Assembly: GCF_964194025.1 (NCBI RefSeq)
Contig: NC_134470.1
Coordinates: 65,224,001 to 65,288,000, forward strand
Source of the DNA: Convolutriloba macropyga
Taxonomy: Eukaryota
DNA length: 64,000 nt
Reading direction: 5' to 3'
Shown: one piece after another, positions 11,765 through 25,109 of the stretch
Layout of the letters: every line of letters begins with the position of its first letter
Position numbering within the stretch: the stretch's first letter is position 1
The notes under the pieces: generated by a model
Database searches by the model: none
Told to the model about the DNA's origin: nothing
What the model saw: the letters and a program-made list of their open reading frames with translations, nothing else
Made by a program: the position numbers and the translations under genes

Positions 11765-14700
11765 TCTCGTTTAGTCAAGCACTTCAAATTTCATAAACTA
11801 AGATTCGAAAAGATTCAATATGTTGATTTCTGAAATAGAATGAGAAATGTATTTTGAGAAAATTAGTTGCACTTGAAACTATAAAAGCGGTGCAAAGCTC
11901 TTTTACATTCCAGTGATAGCATTTAATGCGAGGGATCACATTGATAAGTCTATTTGAGCACGCTGAAACAAAAGCTTTGAAGAAAGCAACCTGATGAAGT
12001 TCCACTAGATGTTGAACAAAGATTCTTCCAAGATTTACTAAGAATCGATCGCCAACGACTTTTGAAAGATTTTGCTAGTGTGTTTTTATTATATTCTTGT
12101 ACTGAATAGATTTTTTAATTTTAGAAAATTTTGCGATGATCTATCTTGCAAGATCTTACACGCGCTCATATTCAAGATTCTAACAAGTCAAGAAAAGAAA
12201 AATTTGATGATTTGCTACAAAACAAGAACAAATTAATTGTATTGAAGTACGGTGCTGTCCAGACAAGACAAAAATTTCTGCAACAATCCCAACGGTGCCC
12301 GTAAAAAGGTTGAGAGTAAAAAACGGAATGTAGATTGTGCAACGTATATTTGGCTATAGAAATGAAGCCTTGAGTAACAAGAAACAACGTTAGAACGGGT
12401 TATAAAAGATGCCCCAGTTCGATATCTTAAGACCAGTTGGTGGAACACAAGGATTGAAAGTAAAAGATGAACCTCCTGGTATTCCATTTTCACAGTAGGT
12501 TCACTTGCTGAGACCTTCGAAGAGTGTCCAAGAAGTTTAAGAAGATTGTTTTTACAGCAGCATTAATTACTCGTCCATATAAGAAGATTGCCTCGTTTTT
12601 GTTCATTACTTCAGAAAACGCCGTTTAAAATCAGTATTTCTATCTACAAAACTTAGTAGATGGTTTTGATGCACAAGTTATCACCAAAAAATAAACATAT
12701 TACTTGGTTCATTGCTGACATGGTTCAAATGTAAACTACTAATGCAACAGTCCACTAATTGAGTTTAGCGTCCAGCTCCTATTCCTTAATTTCATAAAGA
12801 GTTTTATTCACATTTTCCGTCAACTGAAGCAATTTAATCAACTCCCCTCTCATTGGGTGGGTCCAGAAGAATGAATTAATAAAAAAAGTCCCCTCGCATT
12901 GAGTGACATATTATTTCAGCCCCAATATTGAAGAAATCATTCTCCAAGGTTATCACTTAATTTGTTCGACATATATAGATCTCGCTTTTTTTGAGCGAGC
13001 TATTAAGAAGGTTGGTTTCTACCCTCTTTGGGTGCCAATTGATCAAAATAGCGTATGTTGAAACTATTAGTACTTCTTCAAGAATCAAAAGTCTAATCTT
13101 CGAAATGGAAGGATTGCTTGGGCATCTCTTACCTCGTATACGAAGTTGTGATGCAGGTGCAAATTGAAAAAAACTGGTATAAAGATATTTCTTAAAAATT
13201 ATGCGCGTGGCAATTTTTTTATCATCCCACAACATGCCTTGGTTTCTCAACAATAAAGCTGTTTCTCAAATTAGCTAAGATTTATGCTCAGCTAGACTGT
13301 GCCTACAATAAGCTTACAAAAAAATTTGATTAACATTATCAGAAGGAGAAAAATCTTAATTTTGTATAGTTCCAAAATAATTTTAAATTGAGTTGTTTTA
13401 ATTCATTCAGTTGCACAAAATCTTTTGTGTACGTTTTAGTGACCACTATCTCGTGTATAATAAAAAACACACTTCTGGTTGATAGACAAGTAATTAGTTA
13501 AGTAATTAGTTCTCAAAAATATTATGGATACTTGGGCTTCACAGTAACGTATTACATTCTACTCTAGAAGAGAAACTAGTAATTTTCATCTCAGAAATAG
13601 TTTCGTTAGAGCAATTTGAATGCGCACTATCAAAAGTCATTTATCTTTATGAAACAGTTTTTGGTAACAGCAATAAGAGTTGTCCTATACTTAGAACATT
13701 TGATTGTTTAATTTTTTGAGCTTCTCAAAAAAGCTAGTAAATATTAACGGAACATTCTTTAATCAAAAGTGGATAGACTGAACTGTATTGAACAGATTAA
13801 TTCTTCACTAAACCAAATTTGGGCTTAATTGACGTTTTTTTCAGAGACAATTTTTGGTTCGATGACTGATTTTTCCTGTTTATTAAAGATGTTAATAACG
13901 AAAAACAGACAATTAATTGAAGGAAAAAATCAGCAAATATTTCTCTGCCCATTTTTGTTGTAGTATCAACTATTTGTTGCGACCCCATTTTAGTTGTGGA
14001 GAGAAGCATATGCATAATTGTTTTTTTTTCGTTCAGTCATTCATAGCTGATCGACACACTCATCGTAAAGAGTTGTGAGAAGTATCTTTAGAAAGCTTGT
14101 CCAGCATAAATTTGAAATCAGAAGACACTTTTTTTACATTTTGTTTCTTTTTCTGAGGAGTCATAGAGGTTCAAAATTTTGTGAACGTTATCCTCATTTC
14201 TATTGTCTTGTGTTTAGTTCAGAATTTTTTTTGTAATTTTTGCTCAAATATTAATCAATTTTGATACAAGTTTTATGTAGGTATCTCTACGTCTGGTTAT
14301 TAACTTTTTCCCCAAATGTTTGAAACAATCCTTTCGGCTAAAAAAATTTAGCTGATATTTTGAAATCTCGACATTTTTTTTCTTTTTGCAAAAAATGGCA
14401 CCAAATTCTCCCCTAGCTCATTCTGTTCGAAAAAAAAATAAAAAATAAAATCTACTGACTCAACTTTAGTTGTCTGAGTTGAGGAAAAATTTTCATCCAG
14501 ATCCTTCCTAGGAAAGAGTTCTGGAACTAACAAGTTGAAGTTCTGTTGCAAATTAAAAAAAGATGTTTATCAAAAATGCATCAATTGTTTTGAATATTTG
14601 ACTCTATTTTGAATATGGAAAACTTTTGGAAAACTATCATTTACTTTACTTTTTGGAACAATTTTCTTTAACGCCGTTGAAGTGATGACAAGGCCAGACT

Positions 14701-17159
14701 TTGCTGTCATGGGAGGCTTCACAATCGAGTTGGAATAAGATTTTATTGGGGGTTCTGTTCTTTTTAAATTCTTTTGGAAATTTTTTCGTTGTCCGTTTTG
14801 GTTAAATTTTATCTATGAGCCATTTCATTTACGTTGAAATGAGAGCCAAGAAATAAGTTTTACTTTTTCAGATTAAAACTCATAGCACTCCGATAAAATG
14901 TTATCGTAAGCCTTCGATGACTTCTTGAGTTTTACAACATTCTTGGTCCATTTTTTAAACCTCGTAACTTAGTCTCTGTATTCAGAGACTGATTTAGTTG
15001 TCTAAAGTGGTATTGGTAAAACTATCCAATTGTTCATATGATGCGCATCGGCTCTTTTTTATTCGAGTATAATTCATCTGAAGAATTCATCTTTTATCTC
15101 GGAGTTTTCTTCATCTTAATTTTGTAATCCTGTAGCTAAGTCCTGTAGATGACAAGATTCATTTTCTTACGCGTATAACAAACGTTAAGTGTTAGCTGTT
15201 TCATGATTTAACTAACAGTTTTATGATTTCCAAACTAGGCGCTTTATTAAAAGTTTTTATGATTTTCGATCATTTTTCAGTGTTTGTAAATTCTTGTTGT
15301 TGTACTGTCACTATATCACATAATTTGCAGGCCATGTTGGTGCGAATAATACTAATTCTGTTGCTTATAGTTTTCAAGACCTTTACACTGAGTTTTCCTA
15401 AAAAATTGTCAGCTTTGGCTACTGGTCAACATTTATGGTTATCTTTGTTGTCTTTTTGGATTACCCTTTTAAAAACAAAACCTTTTGATGCTTGAAATAG
15501 GCCCAAGTTGGCAGATACAAATTTTTTTTTCTGTTACCAGTTGATAATATTGGTTTTGGTGGCTTCAAAACCATATCTTTTCTGTGTTTTGTGGTTTGTT
15601 GAGAGCCTTTTTTTTAGTTATTTTTTAATCGTTTGACTTAGTGTCACTAAAAACAGGTGAATTCTTTTGTGTCTATTAGTTGTACTGTTGTTTGGTTTTT
15701 AATGGTTGTTATGACTTGAGAGGTTATATAATTTTCGAAGGATTCCTTGGATTTTTGAACTTTGCCCTCTTTTCTTTCTTGTCTTAATCAACTTAGTACC
15801 TCGTTGGTTTAAGGACAGGTCCCATCTGCTTTGTAATAAAATCAGGTTAAACTGTTTAGTCTATGTTTTATCCGCTAAAATTTAATTTTGATGCGAAATT
15901 TTATTTATTTTTTTTTAAAATTTTTTTCTCGAGTTTATATTTTTTTAGTCTCTTTAGTGGCAGGTCTCTACCAATTTTGTGTCATCTTGATTAGATTTGA
16001 AGTGAAGGCAATGAAATTCATTAGAGTATGTAGAACTTGCTAGACTTGAAAGGGTCTCGAGATCTTTGTCGTCATTGAAAAATAAAGTTACACAAGATAT
16101 ATATGCGTAATACTTGAAACATTTTCTGTTTTTGAAGAGATTCCTAGGATACGCAAAAAAATTCCCATGGTTGCGCTAGTTCTGTAAACATTTCGCATTG
16201 CTTGCACAAAAAATCTGGATTTAGTGAAAACTGTTTTAAGTTCTTTGTTTTCCGAAGACAAAGCTTCCAGCTCCGACAAATATCAAAAGGAAAAGCTAAA
16301 CGGGCATTTTGTGGGATGTGAAAAGTTTGTTGGATGTGAATAGATTTGTGAAAGCATTGCAATTTTAAGATCCAAATATTGGAAACATTTAAAATAACAT
16401 AACTCTTTGAAACAATAAAGATATTGTTTGATGTTTTCAAAAACAGGCAGCGGAATTGTTAGTTTAAAATTTTTAAAACAATAAGCAATCACAAAACATT
16501 ATTTCTATTTTTTTATATTATCAGTAAATTTTTGCCGAAAATTAGCATCCAGTGATCAAAATATTTGCAAAGGAAAAGCGGAAACATTTTTAAAATGGAA
16601 GGAAAAATCAAAGTTTTTTGTCCTTTACAGGGGGCGAGTTTGGTGTATTGGGCATATATTTCCTCCTGTTCAAGATAAAACTAGTTTGATCAACGAGCTC
16701 ACAATAATTTGAGCGATTTAGTCCTTCTTCAAGAATAAATTCAAAATCATTCGGAAATTTTACAATCTTTTTTGGAGAATTGGATGTTGCATATTTGACG
16801 CACTCTATGACCATTCATTACGAAATAACTTGATTGAAAATGACAAATTGCGTAATCAAATCTAGGTAGTTTGAGACTTTGTAGAAACTGTAACTGAAAC
16901 GTTTGAGTTTCCGTTTGAACTAAGCTGCCTTTTGTCCAATGTTTGTAAAGCTTAACAGCCATATAGCCTGCTTACATTTATCTCTCCGCATTTATCAACA
17001 GCATAAGGTTAGTGAAAAAGACAGCAGAAAAGGAGAGGAAAAATGGGACATTCTAATTGTAACGCTACCACTATTCTCCCATCGCGTTTACCATAAAAAC
17101 AACAAACATACTCTTTCTGTACATTCGGGGCATGCTACATTTTTAGATATACTCTTTTT

Positions 17160-17808
17160 CACGTGCATATAGTTAATTCTGTTACACGTTATATTTCTGC
17201 GCTACTTGCTTTTTACGAAGCTACAAATTTTCCCCAATTTTTATGGAAATATCCCAACCACTACCACTAGCAATGCCTCCGCTTTTTGATGCTTAATTCC
17301 ACCTATACATCCAATTTGTGCCTTCCCCGCCACGAAAGCAAAATGAAACCCTCCTGACGTATGTAATCTACAATTCACGTATACACACATATATACATAC
17401 GTACGCCAATTGCAGCGTACACCCACGTGAATAAACATGCTGGCGTATTAATTTTCCACCCCCCTCTTTTTCCCTGTTAACCGTTTGATGTCTTTATATT
17501 TGCATACACCATTACAACACTGTTACCTTCTGTTTAAAAGCATACTACTGTGCATTTCCTTTTATGGAAATCTTTACCGTGACATTTTGAACAACTTCCT
17601 CGTTATCTACTTTTAATCCTAACTATCAGAGTTGGTAGTTATATTATTACGCGCTCCTTGCTTCGCATTTTTTAAAAAGCAGTTTAGTAAAAAAAAAAGT
17701 ACTTTTTTGCAAAATTAGCATAATTAGTCTCGCTAGAATTCGATATTATGGCTCTATCAAACCCGCTTTTAATTTATCAATCCATTAATTGATCACGTGA
17801 GAACGTCA
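17160..17808 (+). promoter_or_regulatory. Probable promoter region of PAL exon 1A with an E-box/ACGT cluster
   Basis: CACGTG at 17160, 17424 and 17794 (TCACGTGA), plus TGACGT/ACGTCA half sites at ~17355 and ~17803. All lie within about 730 bp upstream of ATG 17882. Confidence 0.4.
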
Positions 17809-17881
17809 CAAACCCCCCAAAGGAATTCCTCATTTTTCCCTTTTTCTTCCTCAACCTGAGAACGGGAAAAGGTTGGGAAGT

Positions 17882-17995
17882 ATGAACAAAGTTATAAAAA
17901 TTGTGCTGTGTGTGTTTGTTTCGGGATTACAGCTCACAAATGCTTATGTGGTGTCAGAGTTCGGCTATTATGGAACACAACGGATTTCTAGAGAG
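17882..17995 (+). CDS. PAL gene alternative first exon 1A, signal peptide (MNKVIKIVLCVFVSGLQLTNA-YVVSEFGYYGTQRISRE)
   Basis: ATG plus 38 open codons with a basic n-region, hydrophobic core and TNA cleavage-like site. Perfect donor GAG|GTGAGT in phase 0, compatible with the exon at 27230. Confidence 0.65.
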
Positions 17996-19121
17996 GTGAG
18001 TCCTTTCGCCCGAAATTTCAATTAAAATAACTTGAATCTATTTTGTGGTACAATCAGAAGAGATGAAAATTTGTTTTGCAGGCGCAATTTGAACCCAGGC
18101 TATGCAGGAAAAGATGGACATCTGTTTTTTCTGACGACTTAAAAAAGCTTTTCAAAAAAATTGTTTTGCGCTACTTTCGCACTGATGAGTAAAATGAATC
18201 ATTATCATTTCAACAATTGTACGTTCCTAACACGAACGATAATTTTTTTCAAAAAGGTTTTCGCCTCTCTTTCTTTCAAAGATTATTTTCAACAATTACT
18301 TAAAATAACGGTTTTTCCATATTTAATTGGAAACATAATGTTGAAAAAAAAAACAATTCGATTTTAGGAAACTATAATAATTACTCTTCTCCAAAAATTT
18401 GGTAAAACAAGCAAAGACGGGGGTTTTGATGGAAAATTGAAGGTCTACCTACTGAAAATATGACAAAAGTTAGCCAGAATGATTTTTGAAGTTTCAAAGG
18501 GGCGTGAGATATTAGGCAAAAATTTGATTAAACGAACAATTTTTGTAGCCTTTAGGTAAAAATTTTGAACCAAACTTTTGTGGAAACTAGGCAAATACCA
18601 ATTCAAACAGTTAATTGTAGTACTAGAAAATCCACCTGATGCTTTAAGAAACCCTATTGAATGTCCCTAACAATTCTCTCTATATTTTAATAGTGTTGAA
18701 AAACACAGTTAACTTTTAAAAAAGTATATTGAGATTTGAAGCGTTTAAGTATAGGTCAATCCAGCAACTGCAGCAACATTTGTCATGAATTCTTCTATAG
18801 CTCTTAAATATTCAGCATAAAACCGTGAACATTTTTGTGATAAGTTCTCTACTTTTTCCCCTTATTTTTTGGCAAATGCAGTTGCCCAAAAATTGCCTGG
18901 CCGAAAGGCTGAATAAACTATGTACATTTTGAAAAGAGAAAGTGAGCTTCACTTGTGTTTTTTAAAGCATTTTTATGTAAAGACAATGGTCAGAGACATT
19001 TGAGTTTACTGCGTTTGGTAGATTTCGGAGTACCCTCTTTAAGTGGATTAATTGATATTTGCCTAATGTCCACAAAACTTTTTTCAAAATTTCTGCCTTT
19101 TGGCTACTTAAGTGTGTTCCC

Positions 19122-19124
<3 letters not shown>

Positions 19125-19160
<36 letters not shown>
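19125..19160. repeat. (AT)n microsatellite
   Basis: About 18 perfect AT units. Confidence 0.97.
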
Positions 19161-19162
<2 letters not shown>

Positions 19163-22100
19163 CCCTTTTTAAAACTGAAAATGTAGGAAAATTGAATGAA
19201 CCGTTGTAGAATTTTAATTATTATCTGAAGCGGGATTGTTTTGCCCACAAGAAATAATTGTTGTCGATTAAAAGTGTCGAAAATATGAATATACAATATG
19301 GTGAAAATGTTTTCCATGTACGAAACAAAAAATGCACCATTCTGAACGGTTCCAACGAAGTTGCATTTCTTAGAAGTTTTTGACCAAAGTTTGAACTTTA
19401 GACATTTTTAGAAATATGTTTTTCGTGAACAACCGCACGCCAAGGTACATCAATTCTCACTTGGACACTAGTCAGAAAATTAATATCCATTTTTTAACAC
19501 TTTTTAGGATTAAATTTATCGAGTTCGCAACTTACCGACTGTTAACGAGTGCATCAGGAAACAAAGCATGTGTTTTATTATAGCGTAATTAGTTTCAGTG
19601 ATTTTCTTTCTGTACATATTGACTAATTATCCGTAAATATTCATTACTTAAACTTTTCAAAAAGTCATATTGCTAACAAAAGTACTTTAAGAATTTAAAA
19701 AAATATAAAGAAGAGAAATGGAAAATTTTTGGTGTGAGTTTTGACTACTATTTTTTTTTATTTATAAGAAATAACAGCCATTTCATAGAATAAGCTTTCA
19801 TAGCAGCTGATTTTTTTTTAAAAAAATGAGTTTCAAAATACATATGGTTCAAAAACAAGATAACAAATTGAAGAGATACACTGTAGGGTCTCTACTGTTA
19901 TATTTATTTTGGATAGAAAGATTAGAAAATACGGGACTACTATAGAAGGAACCAAAAAGACATGAGATTTAAAACGCTCTGTGATCGTTTGTAATCACAC
20001 TTTAGCACCGATATCATAGCGTGAGTACTTAAAATAGGACGTAACAAGGACGTAAAAATTTGGCGTAGCAATTTCCCGAACCTGAACCTATTTGGTAGTT
20101 TTTTTAAACAAAATTCAGCAGATCTTAAAGTTAAATTTTGTTTTCAAAGCACAGAAACTAAACTTAGGTTTAATTCCAGGAAATCAAAAACTCCGCCCAT
20201 GCTGAATCCAAAAAATTGGAATGCACAATTATTACATCTAAACTTTATTCTGGATTGATTTAGTTTGGCTCTTAGTTCAAAGACTCTTCTGTCAAAACAG
20301 AATTTTATTTCCGCTTCCATAAATGTTTTTGCATAAAAATTAAGTTAAAAAATTCAAAAGCCGCAGCTTTTTCAACAGTTAATGTTTGAAAGTGGTTTCA
20401 ACAGCCTGTTTTACATAATATTGAGACAATGATTATAAAGCGAACACATTTGAGTAACTAAATGCTAAATTTGGTTATTACTTCTTTGATTGGACACACC
20501 AAATACATATTATTTCAGTTTTATTGTCTAAATGATTACAGATTCAGGCGAACAGAACAATATTTAAAATGTAACAAGATTAGAGAATGTCAAACTCATT
20601 TCAGGTAATATGAAGTTTAATGGAGCACATCACCTGTGAGAAATATGACAAAATCCTGAGAAAATAAATATTTACAAACTTTGGCATTTATTCTCAGAAG
20701 TTGTTGAGAATATTTGGAATTTGTTCTCACCTTGGTAATCATTTTTTAGTAAACTCAAGTAAACGGGTCTGAGTGCAAAATATTCTGAATTAATACCAAT
20801 CCTTATTGTAAAATTCAAAATTCCTCATTAGAGTCTTACAATATCATTATTTTATCAAATTATCCTGCAGTTTAAGCATTCAACATTTTTTGTGTCATTT
20901 GCGCATAATCTCGTTAATAATATTGTAATATTGTAATTTCCATTATATTGCAATGCCCAAAAAACTGATACTATTGTTAATTTGAGAAAACAGTAGTTTT
21001 TAGAGTCCAATTTTGAAAAAAAGTTGCCTGGAGTACAAGAATCTTTTCAGAAGCAAACTTCAATCTGACTTCTTCGATGTTAACTGTATGGTAAAGAAAA
21101 TCTCTATATAAAAATCAGAGAACCCAGGATACGATTTCATCAGTCTCTAAAATTTCGAGGCAGATAGCTTAGTTTGAAATATTGAACTTAGACTTTAAAA
21201 AATAAAAATGAGAACACTACAAATAATCGGCTGCTTCGCTATCGGAGACGGAGACGTTTGGTTTAATTTAATTCTTTTATATTTTAAGAAGAAAACTTTT
21301 CTTTCACTAATCTGTAAAATTGTACTCTTAACTTCAATTTCAAATGAAATTCAACACTCTCGTACCCCTTGGTTCTCTAAATACGTTAGAAAAAAGTCGT
21401 ATTTCCTTTCGTTTCTCGTGCCCGGCACTCAGTAAAAGCACCCCAGTATCAGGCTACTAAATTCCTCGGGCGGCTAAGATTTTGTTCTTAAAAATTCTTA
21501 AACGCACTTTGACATTTTGCACGGATTTTGACATTGACAGTTTTCAAACTTTAGAGACCATTTTCATAAGCATTACTCTAGTAGACTTTTTTCGTAAGCA
21601 GACTGTTACAAACTTATAACGAGTTAACGCAAGATTATTATTAGAAATATAATTAATTAGTGTTTAATTGATTCCGGTTTGAAAAGAAAACCCAAAATTT
21701 TGCTTACTGAATTTTTTTTCCAAACATGTAAAAAAAATAATATAACAGAAAATTTGCATGTCTTCAGAATAATAACAAAAATATGTTCAAACGATCAAAA
21801 TTATGCATTAATTTATTAATAATATACTGATTTTTGTTTGACATTACCAATTGAGCTGTTCTTTCCTATATATAAAAATCCTGTACAGTGCCAATTTACT
21901 GAAGGAGGCACTAAATTGCACCTCACCTAAAATATGTTCGATTTTATCATACCTACACCATTTCAAGTACAAATTGTGTTTCGCAGTTCAGGAATTTTAT
22001 GTTCGTTTGAACAATTTTGAATCCTAGCGGTGATTATGGAAAACTGTAAAATTTTCCGACTCGTTTATCTCTGTGTATGTATTTAAGCCTGCAATTTGAG

Positions 22101-22362
22101 CGTTTTTTTTCCTTCATGACAGTACTGGTACGAAAAAAATTGGCAACAATCGTTAGAAATTCAGAAACTTGAAAATGATTCCTCTCAACTTGCTTCTTTT
22201 GATTATTGCACTTGGCTATTTTCTTTTAGCTTAAGGATGAAGCAACAAATGCATTGATTATTTTGCCGCACGCTATTTAGATTTTAGTTTTATGCTGGAC
22301 TTACATTAATCAGACCCGACGTTATGAAATAAATAATTATGTCGCAATGAGAAACGAAAAAG

Positions 22363-22519
22363 GGATCTATTCTGTTTTGGCCCCTAGCTTAGAAAACATT
22401 TAACTTCTAAGACGACCCCCCCCCCCCCCACACACACTCACCCCCACGTGCTAATTTTAGTAATTTTATAATAACACACAATTTCCAAGTGGGGTGCAAG
22501 GGGGGACAGAATAGAATCC
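22363..22519. mobile_element. MITE (GGATCTA-ended family), copy 1
   Basis: TIR GGATCTATTCTGT / ACAGAATAGAATCC. Direct repeat AAAAAG on both flanks (22357-22362 and 22520-22525). Confidence 0.75.
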
Positions 22520-22525
22520 AAAAAG

Positions 22526-22675
22526 ATGAGTGGTAGTTATGTACCAGTGGCAGTAGTGAGTGCGTGTTTAGTACTTGTTTTACTGGCTTGTTTTTTAACT
22601 GGAGGTTTGCAACTGTCCCGAACGAAGTCTCTCGAGCAAAGCATTCCAGAGAACAAAACTGACGGCAAAGATGAG
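22526..22675 (+). CDS. PAL gene alternative first exon 1B, signal peptide/anchor (MSGSYVPVAVVSACLVLVLLACFLTGGLQLSRTKSLEQSIPENKTDGKDE)
   Basis: ATG plus 50 open codons, a long hydrophobic segment, an NKT sequon, and donor GAG|GTTTGT in phase 0. Confidence 0.65.
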
Positions 22676-22964
22676 GTTTGTTTTATTCAGAATTAACAAA
22701 TGTGCGGACCAATCATAGTAAAATGAAGTGCAAATCTAAGGATATATATTTTGAATTTTAAACATAAAGAAGTCGCTGAAGTTTAAGACGTCATAATTAG
22801 GTTTGAATAAAAGAACTGTTATAATACCTAAAATTTGAAATTCGTGCACATTGTGGCAAAGATTTTGTGGTGGAAAGTTTTCAAGGTAAAACGACATCGG
22901 GGTGAAAACGTTAAATATGGGCGAGGGGGGTAAATGAAACCGAATTAATGGAAGTAGTATCGTT

Positions 22965-23115
22965 TGCATCGAAACAGTGCACCAGTGAGGACCGAAAACA
23001 ATGAACACACGAACTGAGCCTGAGCATGAACGCCCGAAAGTCTGTTGAAAGCACGAAAGTTTAGCATGAACGCACAAAACTCTGGTGAACGCGCGAAAGT
23101 TTGGACATAAGAACT
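22965..23115. repeat. Degenerate ~20-bp minisatellite
   Basis: Recurrent tgaacgc.cgaaagt-like units. Confidence 0.6.
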
Positions 23116-23682
23116 TTCCATCTGGGACGATCTGGACATAGACATTTTCTGGTCTGGTATCTCAACCTGAGCTGGGATAATTTGCAAGCGATACACTTTT
23201 CACTTGGCTTCAAAAGTCTAACAATTTTGAAAGAAATAATTAGAGTGGCTTTGTATATTTCAGCCGTGGAAAATTTTTACTCCCCAATAATCTTCAAAAT
23301 CAAACCCAAACTCTGCGAATCGCTTATTTTTCGATATTAATTATAACAAAAAAGGTTCGCTGGTTCTGTGCGTGGCACAGAATGTTCCCACATTAGACTT
23401 TGAAAACATAACATATCAATACAACTAAAAGGATATTTCAGAAAAGTTTGCTTTAGCACCAAAAAGTGTTATTATCAAGCTGAATCGAAAAAGCTGAAGT
23501 TAATTAGTTGAAGTTTGAACAGAAACAACAGCGGAAAACAGTTTCCAGAGGAACAAAAAACCTGAGTAACCTTCTGTTACGAAGTACTTAGTTACACTTA
23601 AATATTAATAAATATTATCAAAAGAACATTCCTATTACGTGTTGTATATAAACACTGAGCCTTTAAGCCTGAATTCTTTGGG

Positions 23683-23801
23683 TCTTTCCCATTATAGCCC
23701 CCCATGAAAATATAGCCCCCTATTATGGTATATTTACCATAATTGGGGGGGCTATAGGTTTTCTGACCACTAAGCTGGGAAGGGGGCTAAAATGAGAAAG
23801 A
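23683..23801. mobile_element. MITE with 20-bp TIR and an internal hairpin
   Basis: TIR tctttcccattatagccccc / gggggctaaaatgagaaaga (18/20). Internal inverted repeat tatagccccc..ttatggta..taccataa..gggggctata. Confidence 0.75.
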
Positions 23802-23883
23802 ACTAAATCTTTTGCACTATTGAGGAGTTTGATTGAGCTTGCTTGGTTTTTTCTGAAATTCTTTGCGAAACTGGAGATTTTTT

Positions 23884-24049
23884 GGATCTATCAAGTTTTG
23901 TCACCGCCCCCCTGCTTAGTGGGCTTATATGTTTTACGCCCACCCCCCGGCGCAAGTGCTATTTTTTTACATCGTAACGTGCTAAAAAACAACATAAAAA
24001 TTGTAACTGGAGGCGTAAAAAACATTGGGGATCAAAACTGGATAGATCC
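23884..24049. mobile_element. MITE (GGATCTA-ended family), copy 2
   Basis: TIR GGATCTATCAAGTTTTG / CAAAACTGGATAGATCC. The internal sequence is shared with copy 3. Confidence 0.75.
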
Positions 24050-24959
24050 AAAACTATCCAACTCTTCTCAGTTCAAGTTTTTCGTACTGCTAACACTCTA
24101 GTTCAGAAATGCAAAAAATCTGGAAACTGAAACAATTTTTTATCAATTTTCTTATTTATTTCGATTATGTGGCTCACATTATCAACGGGACAAAAACAAC
24201 CAGACAAGATTTTTCTCTTAAAACACCGAGGAACTAAATAGAATGTAGAAATCCAAATACATATATTTAGACAGTTGTACAATCAAGCGGCACGAGCAAG
24301 TGAAATGAACAAATCTGAATAGGAAACTCATGAACATAGGACAAGTCATGGTATACAAACAAAAAAGCCCCAAAAAATGCAACTCTGACTATCTGATTGA
24401 TTTTTTGACTGTTGTTGACGCGTTCTATTAACGCTGAGGCAAGTGGGGTTACATAATTGAATGTAAAAAGAAGGTCCTTGAAACATGTGGTTTCAAACCA
24501 ATCAAAAACATATCAATAAACCGATTGAACCAAGAACCAAAAAAACGCATTCACACCAAAAGATGAAATAATTACAATAAAATCTATGCCGAGATGAACA
24601 GCGTAGAAAAATTAGTAAAGTTGATTTGGTTATTCATTTGGCGTCTTACTTATTCCGAAATCTGCCGAAATTGATTGCTTTAGAAAGAACAAGAAAATGA
24701 AAAGAACAATTGAAGCGTTAAGATATATAAAAGACTAATTTTCGTCAAAATATGCGCTTTCAATAATAAAGAGCTTTCTTCTTCCCATCTTGAGAGATGT
24801 TTTCCTATGTGACAACAGTGAGTTAGTAAGCAAGCTTTGGCAGCTTATATATAGAAAAACTGGGCAGTTCGATAGAAAAATTTTTTGAGGCACTAAGAAG
24901 AACAGTAAAAAAAACATGCTTCAATTTTTGTTTAAGCACTCCGAGAACGAATAATTTTT

Positions 24960-25109
24960 GCATCTATTCCGTTTTAAAACCCATAGCTCAGTGAGGTCAT
25001 ATTTTTTACGCACCCAAGTGCTATTTTTTTACATAGAAAGTGCTATGTTTTAGCATGTAATTTGTAACGGGGGACATAAAAAGACTTGGGGCCAAAACTA
25101 AATAGATCC
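24960..25109. mobile_element. MITE (GGATCTA-ended family), copy 3
   Basis: Ends gcatctattccgtttt ... ccaaaactaaatagatcc. The internal caagtgctatttttttacat is shared with copy 2. Confidence 0.65.

Noticed and set aside
14700-15500. Decayed LINE ORF1 on the minus strand (RKKMNLVI motif near 15150-15172)
   Set aside because: Only a short motif amid stops and frameshifts, with no RT or endonuclease remnant recognised.
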